A stretch of 64,000 nucleotides of DNA from the human T2T-CHM13v2.0 reference genome, Homo sapiens: assembly GCF_009914755.1 (NCBI RefSeq), contig NC_060928.1. One strand, written 5' to 3'. Shown in pieces: positions 30,051 through 42,007 of this stretch. A program made the position numbers and the translations under genes. Position 1 is the first letter of the stretch; the number at the start of each line of letters is the position of its first letter. The notes under the pieces were generated by a model, which made no database searches, was not told the origin of the DNA, and worked only from the letters and a program-made list of their open reading frames with translations.

Positions 30051-30412
30051 AAGTAATATAAAATGAAACACAAGCACACAAATCAAAGAAAGTAAAATTT
30101 GAGAACCACGGATCTGGAGACAAGTCTAGCACTCAAACAGGCTGTTATTGGCCCCATCTTTTTTTTTTTTTCTTCCTCAAGTCTTCTCTTGATCTCACTT
30201 CTCCCACCAGCCCTCTTTTCTGCCACAATAAAAATAACGTAAAGTAATATAAAATGAAATACACACACGCAAAATTAAAGAAAGGAAAATTTGAGAACCA
30301 CTGGTCTGGAGACAAGTGCAGAACTCAAACAGGCTGTTACTGGCCCCATCTTTTTTTTTTTTCTTCCTCGAGTCTTCTCTTGATCTCACTTCTCCCACCA
30401 GCCCTCTTTTCT
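30032..30412. repeat. Head-to-tail tandem duplication, 191-bp period
   Basis: ccacaataaaaa ... cccaccagccctcttttct occurs at 30032-30221 and 30223-30412. Confidence 0.95.
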
Positions 30413-30841
30413 TTTCAGCAAGAACTTCTCAAAAGAGTTGTTTTATGTTCACTGTCTCCAAGTCTTCTCTTCCTATTTTTTCCTCAAGCCACACTAATTA
30501 GATTTTTCTTTATTTTTGTTCACAGTCATTGAAACTTCTCTTGTTGAGTCATGCTCATGTTGCTAAATCCAGTGGTCATTTCTCAATCCCCATGTTACTT
30601 GACCAATCAGTGGCATTTGATCCAGTTGATTACTCCTTCATTTTCAATATACCTTCTTTAACTATCTTCTAAGACAACACACTTTCTGGAGTTTTTTTCC
30701 TAGTTCCCGGCTGCTCCATTATCAGTTTTGGCCTTCAATGTTGGAGTGATCCAGGGCTGAGCAATTGATCTTTTTTAATTCCCCATCTCACTCACTTCCT
30801 TGGTAATCACATTTACTCATTGCTTTAAATGCCAACTATGT

Positions 30842-31149
30842 TAGAGCTGCCCAATTTAGCAAATATAGCTACAGGATGGTCAGTGAAGTTTGAATTTCAG
30901 ATAAGCAACAAAAAATGTTTTACTATAAAAGTATCCCAAATATTACATATGATACACAATATTAATTATGTTATGAATAATTATTTGTATTAATTATTAA
31001 TAATAACCACAATAATTACTAATAGTTATATCAGGGAATTAAATCCATTACCTAATATATATTTGGGACATATTTATCCTAAAAAATTATTTGTTGTTTA
31101 TCTGAAAATTGAACTTTGTTACATTCCTATATTTTATCTGGTAATCCTA
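30842..31149. mobile_element. MER53 palindromic hAT MITE with extra AT-rich core
   Basis: tttgaatttcagataagcaac / gttgtttatctgaaaattgaa and tcccaaata / tatttggga inverted arms. Confidence 0.82.
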
Positions 31150-31990
31150 ATCTGTAAGGCAAGGAACTCCCAAATTATATATTCAGCCTAGAGCTTTCTT
31201 TTACAGTCCAGAAATCTATAACTGTTGACATCTCCACTTGGATGATCAATAGACAATTCAAACTCAACATGACCCAAGCTGAGCTCCTGATGTTCCCCAT
31301 CTCTAGATGTGCTCTACCCACAGCCTTCTCCCATCCCAGTTGATGGCAACACCTCCTTCCAGTAGATCAGGACAAACACTTGGAGCAAGCGTTTTCTTGT
31401 TCTCTTTCTCTTGCATCCCACACCCAATTAGTCAGGAAGACCTATTGGTTCTACCTTCAATAAGAATCTGGATTTCCAACCATTTCACACATCCCTACAT
31501 CCATACCATCCTGCTGCAAGCCACTATCATCTATTGCTTCCAGTAGCCTCCTAGCTGGTCTCCACTGTTTTCCCTTCAGTTTGTTCTCATGACAGAAACT
31601 CTAATAGGATTCTTTTAAAATCTAAGCCAGATGTTCCTCTTCCGCTCTGCTCACTCCAATGGCTTAATCTCATGAATTAAAAGCCAAACTCATTTCGATG
31701 GTTTGCAAAGTTCTGCATCACCTACTTCATGCTACTTCTCTGGCATCATTTCCTGTTAGCTTCCTTTCACTGGCTCTCTTCTGACCACACTGGCCTCCTT
31801 GCTATTCCTAGTTCACTCTAGCCATGTTTCCACCCGAGAACCATTGCACTGGCTGTTCCCTCTGCCTGGAGTGCTCTTCTCCCAGATATTCACCAGGCTA
31901 ACTCCCTCACCTCCTTAAGTCTTTGCTCAAATGTCACTTTCTCAGTGAAGCTCAAACAGACCACTTTATTGAATTTGTAATTCACTCCTT

Positions 31991-32014
31991 CACACACACA
32001 CACACACACACACA
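31991..32014. repeat. (CA)n microsatellite
   Basis: 12 CA units. Confidence 0.95.
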
Positions 32015-32216
32015 CCCCTAAAGTCCCTTGCTCTGCTTTATTTTTTTACCATAGCACTTAGCATTTTAACACATTTTACTAGTGCATCATGTTTATTAAT
32101 TATTGTCTGTCTCATCTCCCTCACTCTAGCCCAGAATGGTCAAGGAAAACTTCTGCTCCTGCTTTTATTTCTGTGAATCAACTTGCCCATTGTTCCTTGA
32201 ATCTACTGCCTTCTGA

Positions 32217-32513
<297 letters not shown>

Positions 32514-32751
32514 TGAATACACTTTTACTAACACTAATAAGACCCTTTGATTTAGCTTTGCCCCTCTTCCCAACAAGATAATACAAGGGTTTTTATCTCA
32601 GAAAAGGACTTTGCATCCCCAAGGACCTCAAGACTAGCTCATCTGGCTCCAGCCAAACTGGCTTGATCCCTATAGACATTTCTTAACAGGAACTTAAATA
32701 AAATAATGTATGTTCCCCCGACAAATTTGGTTCCCATTTTATTTTATCTTA

Positions 32752-32838
32752 TATTTTGAGAGAAGCTCTTACTCTGTCACCCAGGCTGGAATGCAGTGAC
32801 TCAAGTGATCCTCCCGCCTCAGCCTCCCAAAGTGCTGA
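32752..32838 (-). mobile_element. Internally deleted Alu remnant
   Basis: ctgtcacccaggctggaatgcagtg joined directly to ctcaagtgatcctcccgcctcagcctcccaaagtgctg. Confidence 0.8.
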
Positions 32839-32946
32839 ATTCAATTTAAAAAGACCCTGAATGTCTAAATACAGGGTTTTTATTAATAAGTATTTCAGAA
32901 AACTAAATATATTATGAGACAGTGCTTTATAGAATGCATGGCACAT

Positions 32947-33248
<302 letters not shown>

Positions 33249-33720
33249 TGACATGTAGTAGATACTTAGTAATGACTTTTGACACTCTTACATCTCTTCT
33301 TTAAAATGTACTACCAATTTAATCTGACATATTTCTCCTAAGAGCTCTTGGCTCAGCATAGCTCAGGTGAGCTTATAGTTATTACCCTATTAATTCAACT
33401 TGTGAAGTTGAGAGTTCCCAACTGCTATTACCCTCATTTTGTGGAAAGAGAAATGTAGTTATATGTAAGTCAAAGTGATTTGCCCTAACTTTTATGTGTC
33501 ATTGTCACAGATTTTTTTCCCCCATCAGTTCTTCGTACTTTAAAGCCAATATTTGGTTGCAGTTTCATGAGAGCTTTTAAGCGAAACTAGCTATAAGAAA
33601 TCAGCCTATGAAAAATCCTTTATATTTATTACAGTTCCCTAGATCCTTGAGTATTCAGCATCTCAGTACTCAAGAAACAAGCAGTAAATTCTAAGGTCCA
33701 TTTCATGCTGAGTGAAATGA

Positions 33721-33730
33721 TTGACGTCAA
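33721..33730. promoter_or_regulatory. Full CRE palindrome TTGACGTCAA
   Basis: Exact TGACGTCA with an intact CpG in unique sequence; function not shown. Confidence 0.4.
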
Positions 33731-34029
33731 CAGTCATTAAAGGTGATGAAAGTGATAAATTCTGCTCCATATTTCAGCTGTTTATCATCACTGCCTATCC
33801 TCATCAATCAGTAAATTAATTAATAGATAGTGCCTATGCTGATGCTTCTATTCATTCAAATAATTTGTTTAACTACTCTCATAGACTTTTAATAAGGCAA
33901 GAGGGATATTTTTATAAGTTCTACCAAATTCATGTATAAGATAAATATAAATCTAATACAATGCTTTAGCAACCTCACAAATTAGATTTCCAAGAACTCT
34001 GAATGAAAGTTATGAATATCAGCTCAATT

Positions 34030-34208
34030 CATTTCCAAACCTGGCCACATTGGAATCATCTGGGCAGACAAAAAAAAAAAAAAAAAATGCACGGGCCCAA
34101 TCCCTAAACATTTCTGATTCAGTAGGTTTGGGTTTGTGGCCCAGGAATCAGTATTTGAAAAACAGGTCTCCGCTGAATCAGCTATCGGCGGATTTGAAAT
34201 TCACTGAG
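34030..34208. mobile_element. MER5B-like hAT MITE
   Basis: cacattggaatcatctggg ... ttctgattcagtaggtttggg ... ggcccaggaatc. Confidence 0.7.
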
Positions 34209-37200
34209 TTAAATAAACAGTGTTAGGATGAAAAGAGAGTCAGCCAGGAATTTCTCATCAATTGGCTGATTATTAATGGACCAAAACCGGACAAAACAAT
34301 TTCACTGGAAAGTCTTCATTTAGAATGTCAGACAGATAACTCAGCATATTAGATTTCCTTTACAAACTGCTGACCCATGCCGGGGAAGGCCAAGGTGGCA
34401 ACTTTTGTAACTACATGGGAGAGAGGCAGTGTCAGACTTACCTCTTCTGATATAAGCATTCCTCAGGTGTACTCCCTACCTGTAAGCTCATGGGTGCCCC
34501 AGTTTTTCTCTTTTCTTCCCAACTAATCATTGTCTAACACCACCCTTCATCTCTCCACACCATACCACCTTGTCTGTACAGCCTTCCCAACCCCACTGTG
34601 AAAATCTGAACCAAGTCCAAGTCTGAACTGAGAGGATGTATGTGTGAAGTAATAGGCCTCAAACAAACAAAGAGCTCATGCGAGCCCTAAGTACCCAATT
34701 TATTTTGATAAAGTCTTTTTAAATAATCACCCTATATACGATCATATTTTTCCTTGTTGTACTACTTCCTAACACATTCCCTCTATTTAATTTACACAGT
34801 GAATCATTACTGTCTTCTGATAACTGTTCTATATTTATCATTATTAAACTCATTTTATTGATCTCATTCTTTGCTCCAATCTGTCATGATTTTATGAATT
34901 TTAATTCAATTCTTTCCGCATTTATGATCCCTCCAGCTTCATGCCATCTTCACTTTTTTATTAATATGGTCTCCAGTCTCTCTTCTATGCTGCTGGTTAT
35001 TATTGTGATGTGATGTTAATGAGACTATTTAAACATATTGTACTGCTGCAGCACCTTGTTGGAAAAAAAAGTCTTACCTTGACATTAAGCAATTAATATT
35101 AACTTTTATGTTTAATTTTGTTGCCAATGTCGTATTTATTTTGCAGCAGAGTTGCATGATTCACATGCCTCTCCTTTTCCTCTGAGTGTTGTGTAAAGGC
35201 AAATGCTTTTCTCGCACTGTGAAATAACACCACGAAGTGCTCATACTGTATTTCCTTTACCTACAGAGCTTCTTAGTTCACCAAATAGATAAATTCTCAA
35301 CCCTTCCTCACTTCCATTAGTTGAGGTAAAAAACAAAATTCAAGGAAATGTTAAAATAATGTAAAGCCTTTGACATGAAACTACACAAATCCTCGACGTT
35401 TGTAGGAAAGGCTGACACTACATTCCTAAATTCATTCTGTGGAGTCGAAGTTCTAGTTGATACAGGATTTTCAAGTGTCCCCAAAGAGCTGCTTATCATG
35501 GATACTTTCTGTACATGGAAGAAATGGGTTAAGATAAATTAGTGGATTAAGATATAGGTATCCCTGAGCTTTCTGGCAATTTTAGTCAAAGTATTATATA
35601 CCTACATAAAGATGATAAACCTCAGTAGTGACTCTCTGCACTTGTTTACACCTTCTAGTCACAAATTTCAGCTCTTTCTAGAATCATTAAATTTCAGAAC
35701 ACTTGAGAAACTATGTTAAGCAAGGTCGTTCTCTATTTCTTTATTGGTAAGCAGAAGACCAAGGGGTGTTTATGTAGCTCTATGTTTTTAAGTCAAGACA
35801 TCCACCCTCTGTCTCCACCACCATTGCAGCTCATCCTGCTTGGCTCTCTCCTTGATAATCCCAGGGTTTGCTTCCAAATGGGGCTTTTGAAATGATGACC
35901 AGTTTTCAGGTTGAAAGTCTCTTTGTTGCCACTTGCCCAGTTTTGACCTTTTAATTTCCAGTGGCTTAAAATTAATGATTTAGAATCTCTCTCCAACTGG
36001 GCTTGTCAACTACTCCCGGTAGACACTTTGCTGGGCCCAGCCCCTAAGGCATTTCTTCTTAGCAGGATGTCTGGTATCCAGCTACGTTTTCTCTGGATCC
36101 TTCTGGAAAATCCAGATGGCATCCATGCAACCGCAGTCTAATTGACCTGAAATGAAAAATGCGGTCATTTCAAATCAACAAATTTTATCTGTACAGCTGA
36201 ACCATGTGCTTCTGTCCGTAATGATTATAAAGCCTTAAGACATCCTCTGCCACACCTGTGAATGTGAAAAATGACATATGTTTGATTTTCCTGAGTAGAA
36301 AAGGCCTAAGTTATCGTTGAACTAAGAGGGACTTCAAAAGTCAATTTGTCTAAGGTTTTCAATTACTGAATAGGCTGTATGATGCAGACTTCCAAAGCTG
36401 GTCTCCTGAATTCCTTCCAATCTCATCAAACATTAGAGGCAAAAGGAAGGGACCCAAAAGACCATATAGTTGACCTTTTCACTTAACAGAATAAGAAATA
36501 TAAATCACAGAAAAGCTCAGTAATTTTCCTAGAGCTGGAGCTAGAACTCACATTTCCAGCCTTGGTCTGGTCTCTTTATCACTCTGCTTGACGTTAGTGT
36601 GAAAATGTGTCTACTTTTCCAAGGATTAAAAAAATGAAGACAATGATGCAATAACAAAATTTAAGCATTATAAGGAAAATAACCGAGTCTATGTTAGAAA
36701 TTTCTAGAATGTTTAAGGAATTTTTCCCTAGTAAAACAGAACCATAACATTTTAAAATGGGAAAGAACACATCATCCTCTCTATCCCAGCCTGCATAAGA
36801 AGGCAATGGACATGGCTGATACCCATATTAGCTTAGAGTTCACTAAAAAACTCCCTGTTCTTAATTCTACCCAAAAATGTTACCACAACTGTAGGTTGCA
36901 TGAGAATGTAGCTGAAACATCCACATGGAGAAATCTGTTTTAAAAATTCTCAAGCTCATTCACTGGAGTTGTGTCTTCGTGATTCCAAATAGTTTCATTC
37001 AACCCCCAAAGCCAATAAAAAGATATCTATGGGGTGTAACAAGCCAGTTCAAATTCATTTAGTAATTTTAGGCAGAGAATAAATCTTCACATTACAGATG
37101 AAGACATGAAGACAATAAAGTAAGCAAATAAATGTGGCTCTTCTTAGGGTTATTTTATCTGCAAATGATCAAGAGTAGTGTTTTGGTTTATAACTACAGA

Positions 37201-37499
37201 TTGAGTGGCATCATTCTGACATTGTCTGTTAGGACAACCACTGGTACACATTTGCCATTCTTCAGACACCTGGCTCCGGTCTTCTGTGTTCCTTGACAAT
37301 TTTATCTGGTTGTTCTCTAATTGGCCATACCCATCCTTGGTCTTACATCAGCCACATCTCAAATACCTCAGTGAGGGTGAAGGAATCATTGTCTGCACCC
37401 AAAATGATTAGGTTGCAACCATTTGCAGGGAGGAAACCAAGGAGGTCTTTGTAGAGCTCTAAAGTCCTACAGTTGCAGAGTTTGTGAGTTATGCTAGAC

Positions 37500-37719
37500 C
37501 AGTGCTGTTCAACATAAATATAATGAGATCCATATCGAATTTTAAATTTTCTAGTAAAAATGTTATGAAAAAGTTTTTTTAAACTTAAAATTAATATTAA
37601 TAATCTATTTTATTGAACTCAGTATATTCAAAAATATCATTTCAACATGTAGCATAGCTGCATTTTAAGTGCTCAACAGGCCACATGTGGCTAGTGGCAA
37701 CTGTATTGGAGAGGGCAAC
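37500..37719. mobile_element. MER33-like hAT MITE
   Basis: cagtgctgttcaa ... ttttaaattttctagt ... gccacatgtggctagtggc.actgtattgga. Confidence 0.75.
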
Positions 37720-37833
37720 ACTAGATAGTTTTCTTGGGAAATCATTTTCTTCAGTTAATCCTAGTAAGCAACCACTTCTTACAAAGAGTTTTCCATGTTA
37801 AAAAAAAATCATGGCAAGTCAAAACTTCCCAAC

Positions 37834-38597
<764 letters not shown>

Positions 38598-38680
38598 CCA
38601 ACCAAAGCAAAGGAAACGATTTGAAACAATTACCCACATAACTCAGGAAACAATCCTTATCCAATAAATTTAGATAATAC

Positions 38681-38725
38681 TTAAAAGTAATGACAAAAAC
38701 CACAATTACTTTTGCACCAACCTAA
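38681..38725. mobile_element. Half MADE1
   Basis: aatgacaaaaaccacaattacttttgcaccaacctaa equals one MADE1 arm. Confidence 0.85.
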
Positions 38726-39229
38726 CAGAATTGAGCTTTGCTTTGGCTGTGAAGACCTGGCAAAAAGAAAGTCTTTTTTACATTTTTCTGTAAGCTGCTT
38801 AATATTCTGGATGGCCCTCCTTTGTACATTATAACTATTATAACAAATAACCTGATTGTGTTATATTATCAAGGAGGATATTTTTAAAATTAAACAAATC
38901 AACAAAAGAAACCAGGAATGTCTCAATAGTATTCCCTTGGGAAGAATGGGCAATCCACAAGAGTATGTTACATGCATAACATCTAATGACATCGTAGGAA
39001 ACTACAGATGTGGTTATTAATTTTTTCACACAGGACTGATAAATGTAGAAATCACACACTTCAATTACTTCCCTTTTTCTTCTGTTCTTCATAAGTTAAG
39101 ATTTAGATAATTATCTCTTCTGGCTGCCCAGTAGTATTTCAAACCCTCTGTCTATTTGGGGGGTATCCAAGAAAAAGTAAAAGGCAGTCTCTCTCCTCCC
39201 ACTTTGGAACCTGAAGGGAACAGATGTTA

Positions 39230-39655
39230 CCTTTGCCAGGTCCCTGGTGACTGGGATGAGGACATGTAAATGAGGCTCAGCCAATCTGATGATCCCCCTC
39301 CCCACGGCCCCACCCCCCCTTACCCCACCAATGCCAACTCTTGGTGCAGGAGGATCAGAGATTATTGGCAGTGACTGTGGTGGAGCTACGGAGTTGAAAG
39401 CCCAGTGGGGTGGAAAAGAGTGCACAGACACACCATTGCCAGCAGCAGCAGCTCTGTTCAACAATCACAATGCCAGGAACAGGGCATCATCGAAAGGCTC
39501 TTCCTGTGACTGAGACTGGCCCTTGGCTGTGCTTTGCATTCCTGGCTCCTGCTCACCTTCTGATTCTATGAGCTAGCAACTATCTTACCAATACATTTTT
39601 TTATTCTAAAGTAGCCAAAGTTAATTTCTGTTGCTTAATACTGAGAACCTTGACC
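39230..39655 (+). mobile_element. Old ERVL LTR fragment (LTR33-like)
   Basis: ggctcagccaatc motif and 3' end ccaaagttaatttctgttgctt; diverged. Confidence 0.45.
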
Positions 39656-39742
39656 CAGTATAGAACCTCACAAATGGATGGTGAGATTTTATCTGACTCT
39701 TCAGATCAGCTATTAACTGCATGGATCTCTAACATTTTCATA

Positions 39743-41398
39743 GAGGGGGCTTTCAAGTTTTTTGGTCTCAGGACCCCTTTACACTTTGAAAAATTATTGA
39801 GGAAACCAAAGAATTTTTGTTGACATGAATTATCTATTGATATTTACCTATTGGAAATTAAAACAAAATTTAAATTATCTATTTATTAATTTCATCAAAA
39901 ATAAAATGATACATCCATTACTTGTTAACATACATAACACTTTTCGTAAAAAATAGTTTTATTTTACGTCCAGGTGCGGTGGCTTGCGCCTGTAATCCCA
40001 GCACTTTGGGAGGTCAAGGTGGGCAGATCACTTGAGGTCAGAAGTTCGAGACTAGCCTCCAAACATGGCCAAACTTTGTCTCTACTAAAAATACAAAAAT
40101 CAGCCGGGCGTGGTGGCATGTGCCTTAGTCCCAGCTATGTGGAAGGCTGAGGCACCAGAATCGCTTGAACCTGGGAGGCAGAGGTTGTAGTGAGCCAAGA
40201 TGGTGCCACTGCGCTCTAGCCTGGTCAACAGAGTAAGACTCTGTCTCAAAAAAAAAAAAAAAAAAAAAGGCTTTATTTTCAAAAAACACAAAAGAATTCT
40301 CTGGTTTAATAAAAGACAAGAGTCTTAGATATGCTTCTGCATTCAATCTGTTGTTATACATTCTTTGGGTTAAAGTATGAAGAAAATTCAGGTTTACTCA
40401 GCTATGTAGTTGGAAAACAGGAGAGCATCTTAGTAGCCTTCTTAGATATTTGTGGATATTCTTCTTTGATACCACACCAAGGACTGACAAGTGGTGGTTT
40501 CTTAAAGGTTAGCTGTAATACAGAATCCAAAATCTTAGCAATAAGCAGTTCCTGTTTTATTGCATTAAAATCTGTTTTGAAATAATTTTAACATAGGTCA
40601 TTTGGAAAATATTGGTATACTAAATTATGAAAACATTTGAAATGTTGACATACCTCACTATACAATATTAGAACGATATTCATTAGTGTCACCACCAAGC
40701 TCATTAAAAAATAATTAAGTATTTGGAAGTTGTTGGACTGATGGTGGCAAATCTAGGTTTTTGAAAATTTTTAGTTTTCTTTTGAAAGCCCAGATTTTAC
40801 CATTGGCAGCAAAAGCTCTAGGTTGTTTTCCTTCAAGTGACAAGATCGCTTCATTCATTTAAAAAAAGAATCTACCAAACATATCAGTCAGAAAAGGTAC
40901 AGTTTGTCTGAGTCACTTTGTCCAAGTAGAAATGGTGTCCTATGATAAAAGCGGCTAGTTTGGCTGCCTTCAGTCACTCTAGTGTCTTTCCTGAGACAAC
41001 CACTGTGCTTTGAAATGAGAACGCTTTATGCGTACTTTCCATTTCTCACAAGGAATGTTTTTAGAAACCTGTATTCAAGTGTCTAGATTTAATAAAATTA
41101 ATAATTTGTATGTCTTCATCGAGGACATTCTTCAATGAAACTGACATTTTCTGTCATGTGAGTGTTTGGCTTGAAGAATGCAATGACAGCTAGCACAGCC
41201 TGGAGCCACTGCCTTGATTTGTGGCAAGACACTAGCAGTTTCACCTGCCATTGCTTTGCACCATCAATGCATATTCAAACACAATGAAAAAGGCAAATAA
41301 TGCCTTAGTATTATTATAAAGACAGTTTTGACCTGATAGTCCCCCAAAAGGTTCTCAGGGCCTCCAGGAGTTCATTGAACACACTGGGAGAATCGCTG
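39743..41398 (-). mobile_element. Charlie1a (hAT) split by AluS
   Basis: tttttggtctcaggacccctttacact ... aattattgagga at one end; gttttgacct ... gagaatcgctg at the other. Confidence 0.85.
39968..40268 (+). mobile_element. AluS (Sx/Sz-like)
   Basis: Dimeric Alu with a poly(A) tail. Confidence 0.95.
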
Positions 41399-42007
41399 GG
41401 TTAATAAGTTAATGTGTGCCTCTCTACAAAAGAGAGGCTTTGTAAGCCTCTGTCATTGCAGAAACAGGTGAAAATAAGACTTACTATCTTAGTTTACACT
41501 ATTTTGTTATAAATGTTTTTAAATAAAGAAGAACTTGTCCTACCTTATTGAGAGATCTTTTTCTAAGACTTTAAAAGCTGAAATATCTGGATACTTACAG
41601 CCTTGTGACTGGTTATTTTGCCATTTTGACCTCTGAAACTGTGGTAGGTTGTACCATAAATTATCACTAAACTCATTTCAAGGAGGGAGGCTGGAGTGGC
41701 AGGAAAGGTTAGTTGAATTGAGCTCCTGTAATAATCCATGGCTACATTGGTTTAGATATCAGAGATCCCAGGAGGTGGTATCAGTGAAACCTTTCCTGAA
41801 GTCTAGCCATCATGGGTTTTAACCCCTTGACTAAAGGCATTTAATTTGCAGTGAATGAAGTGAGTAGTTGTAAAGGTAAAGATGAGAAATCTACATGAGC
41901 TGGCTTGAAATGACACCACAGAAAGGATCCTGGTGGACTTGAATAGTGTATAATATTGGACTGAGCACAACAATGAGAACTGCTAGTAAGAGCTTTCTTC
42001 CCAGTAA

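Larger units (their letters stand above)
30400..32120 (+). mobile_element. L2a remnant to 3' end (interrupted by MER53)
   Basis: catgttgctaaatccagtggtc, catctccacttggatg, gctgttccctctgcctgga, tttgctcaaatgtcac. Confidence 0.8.
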
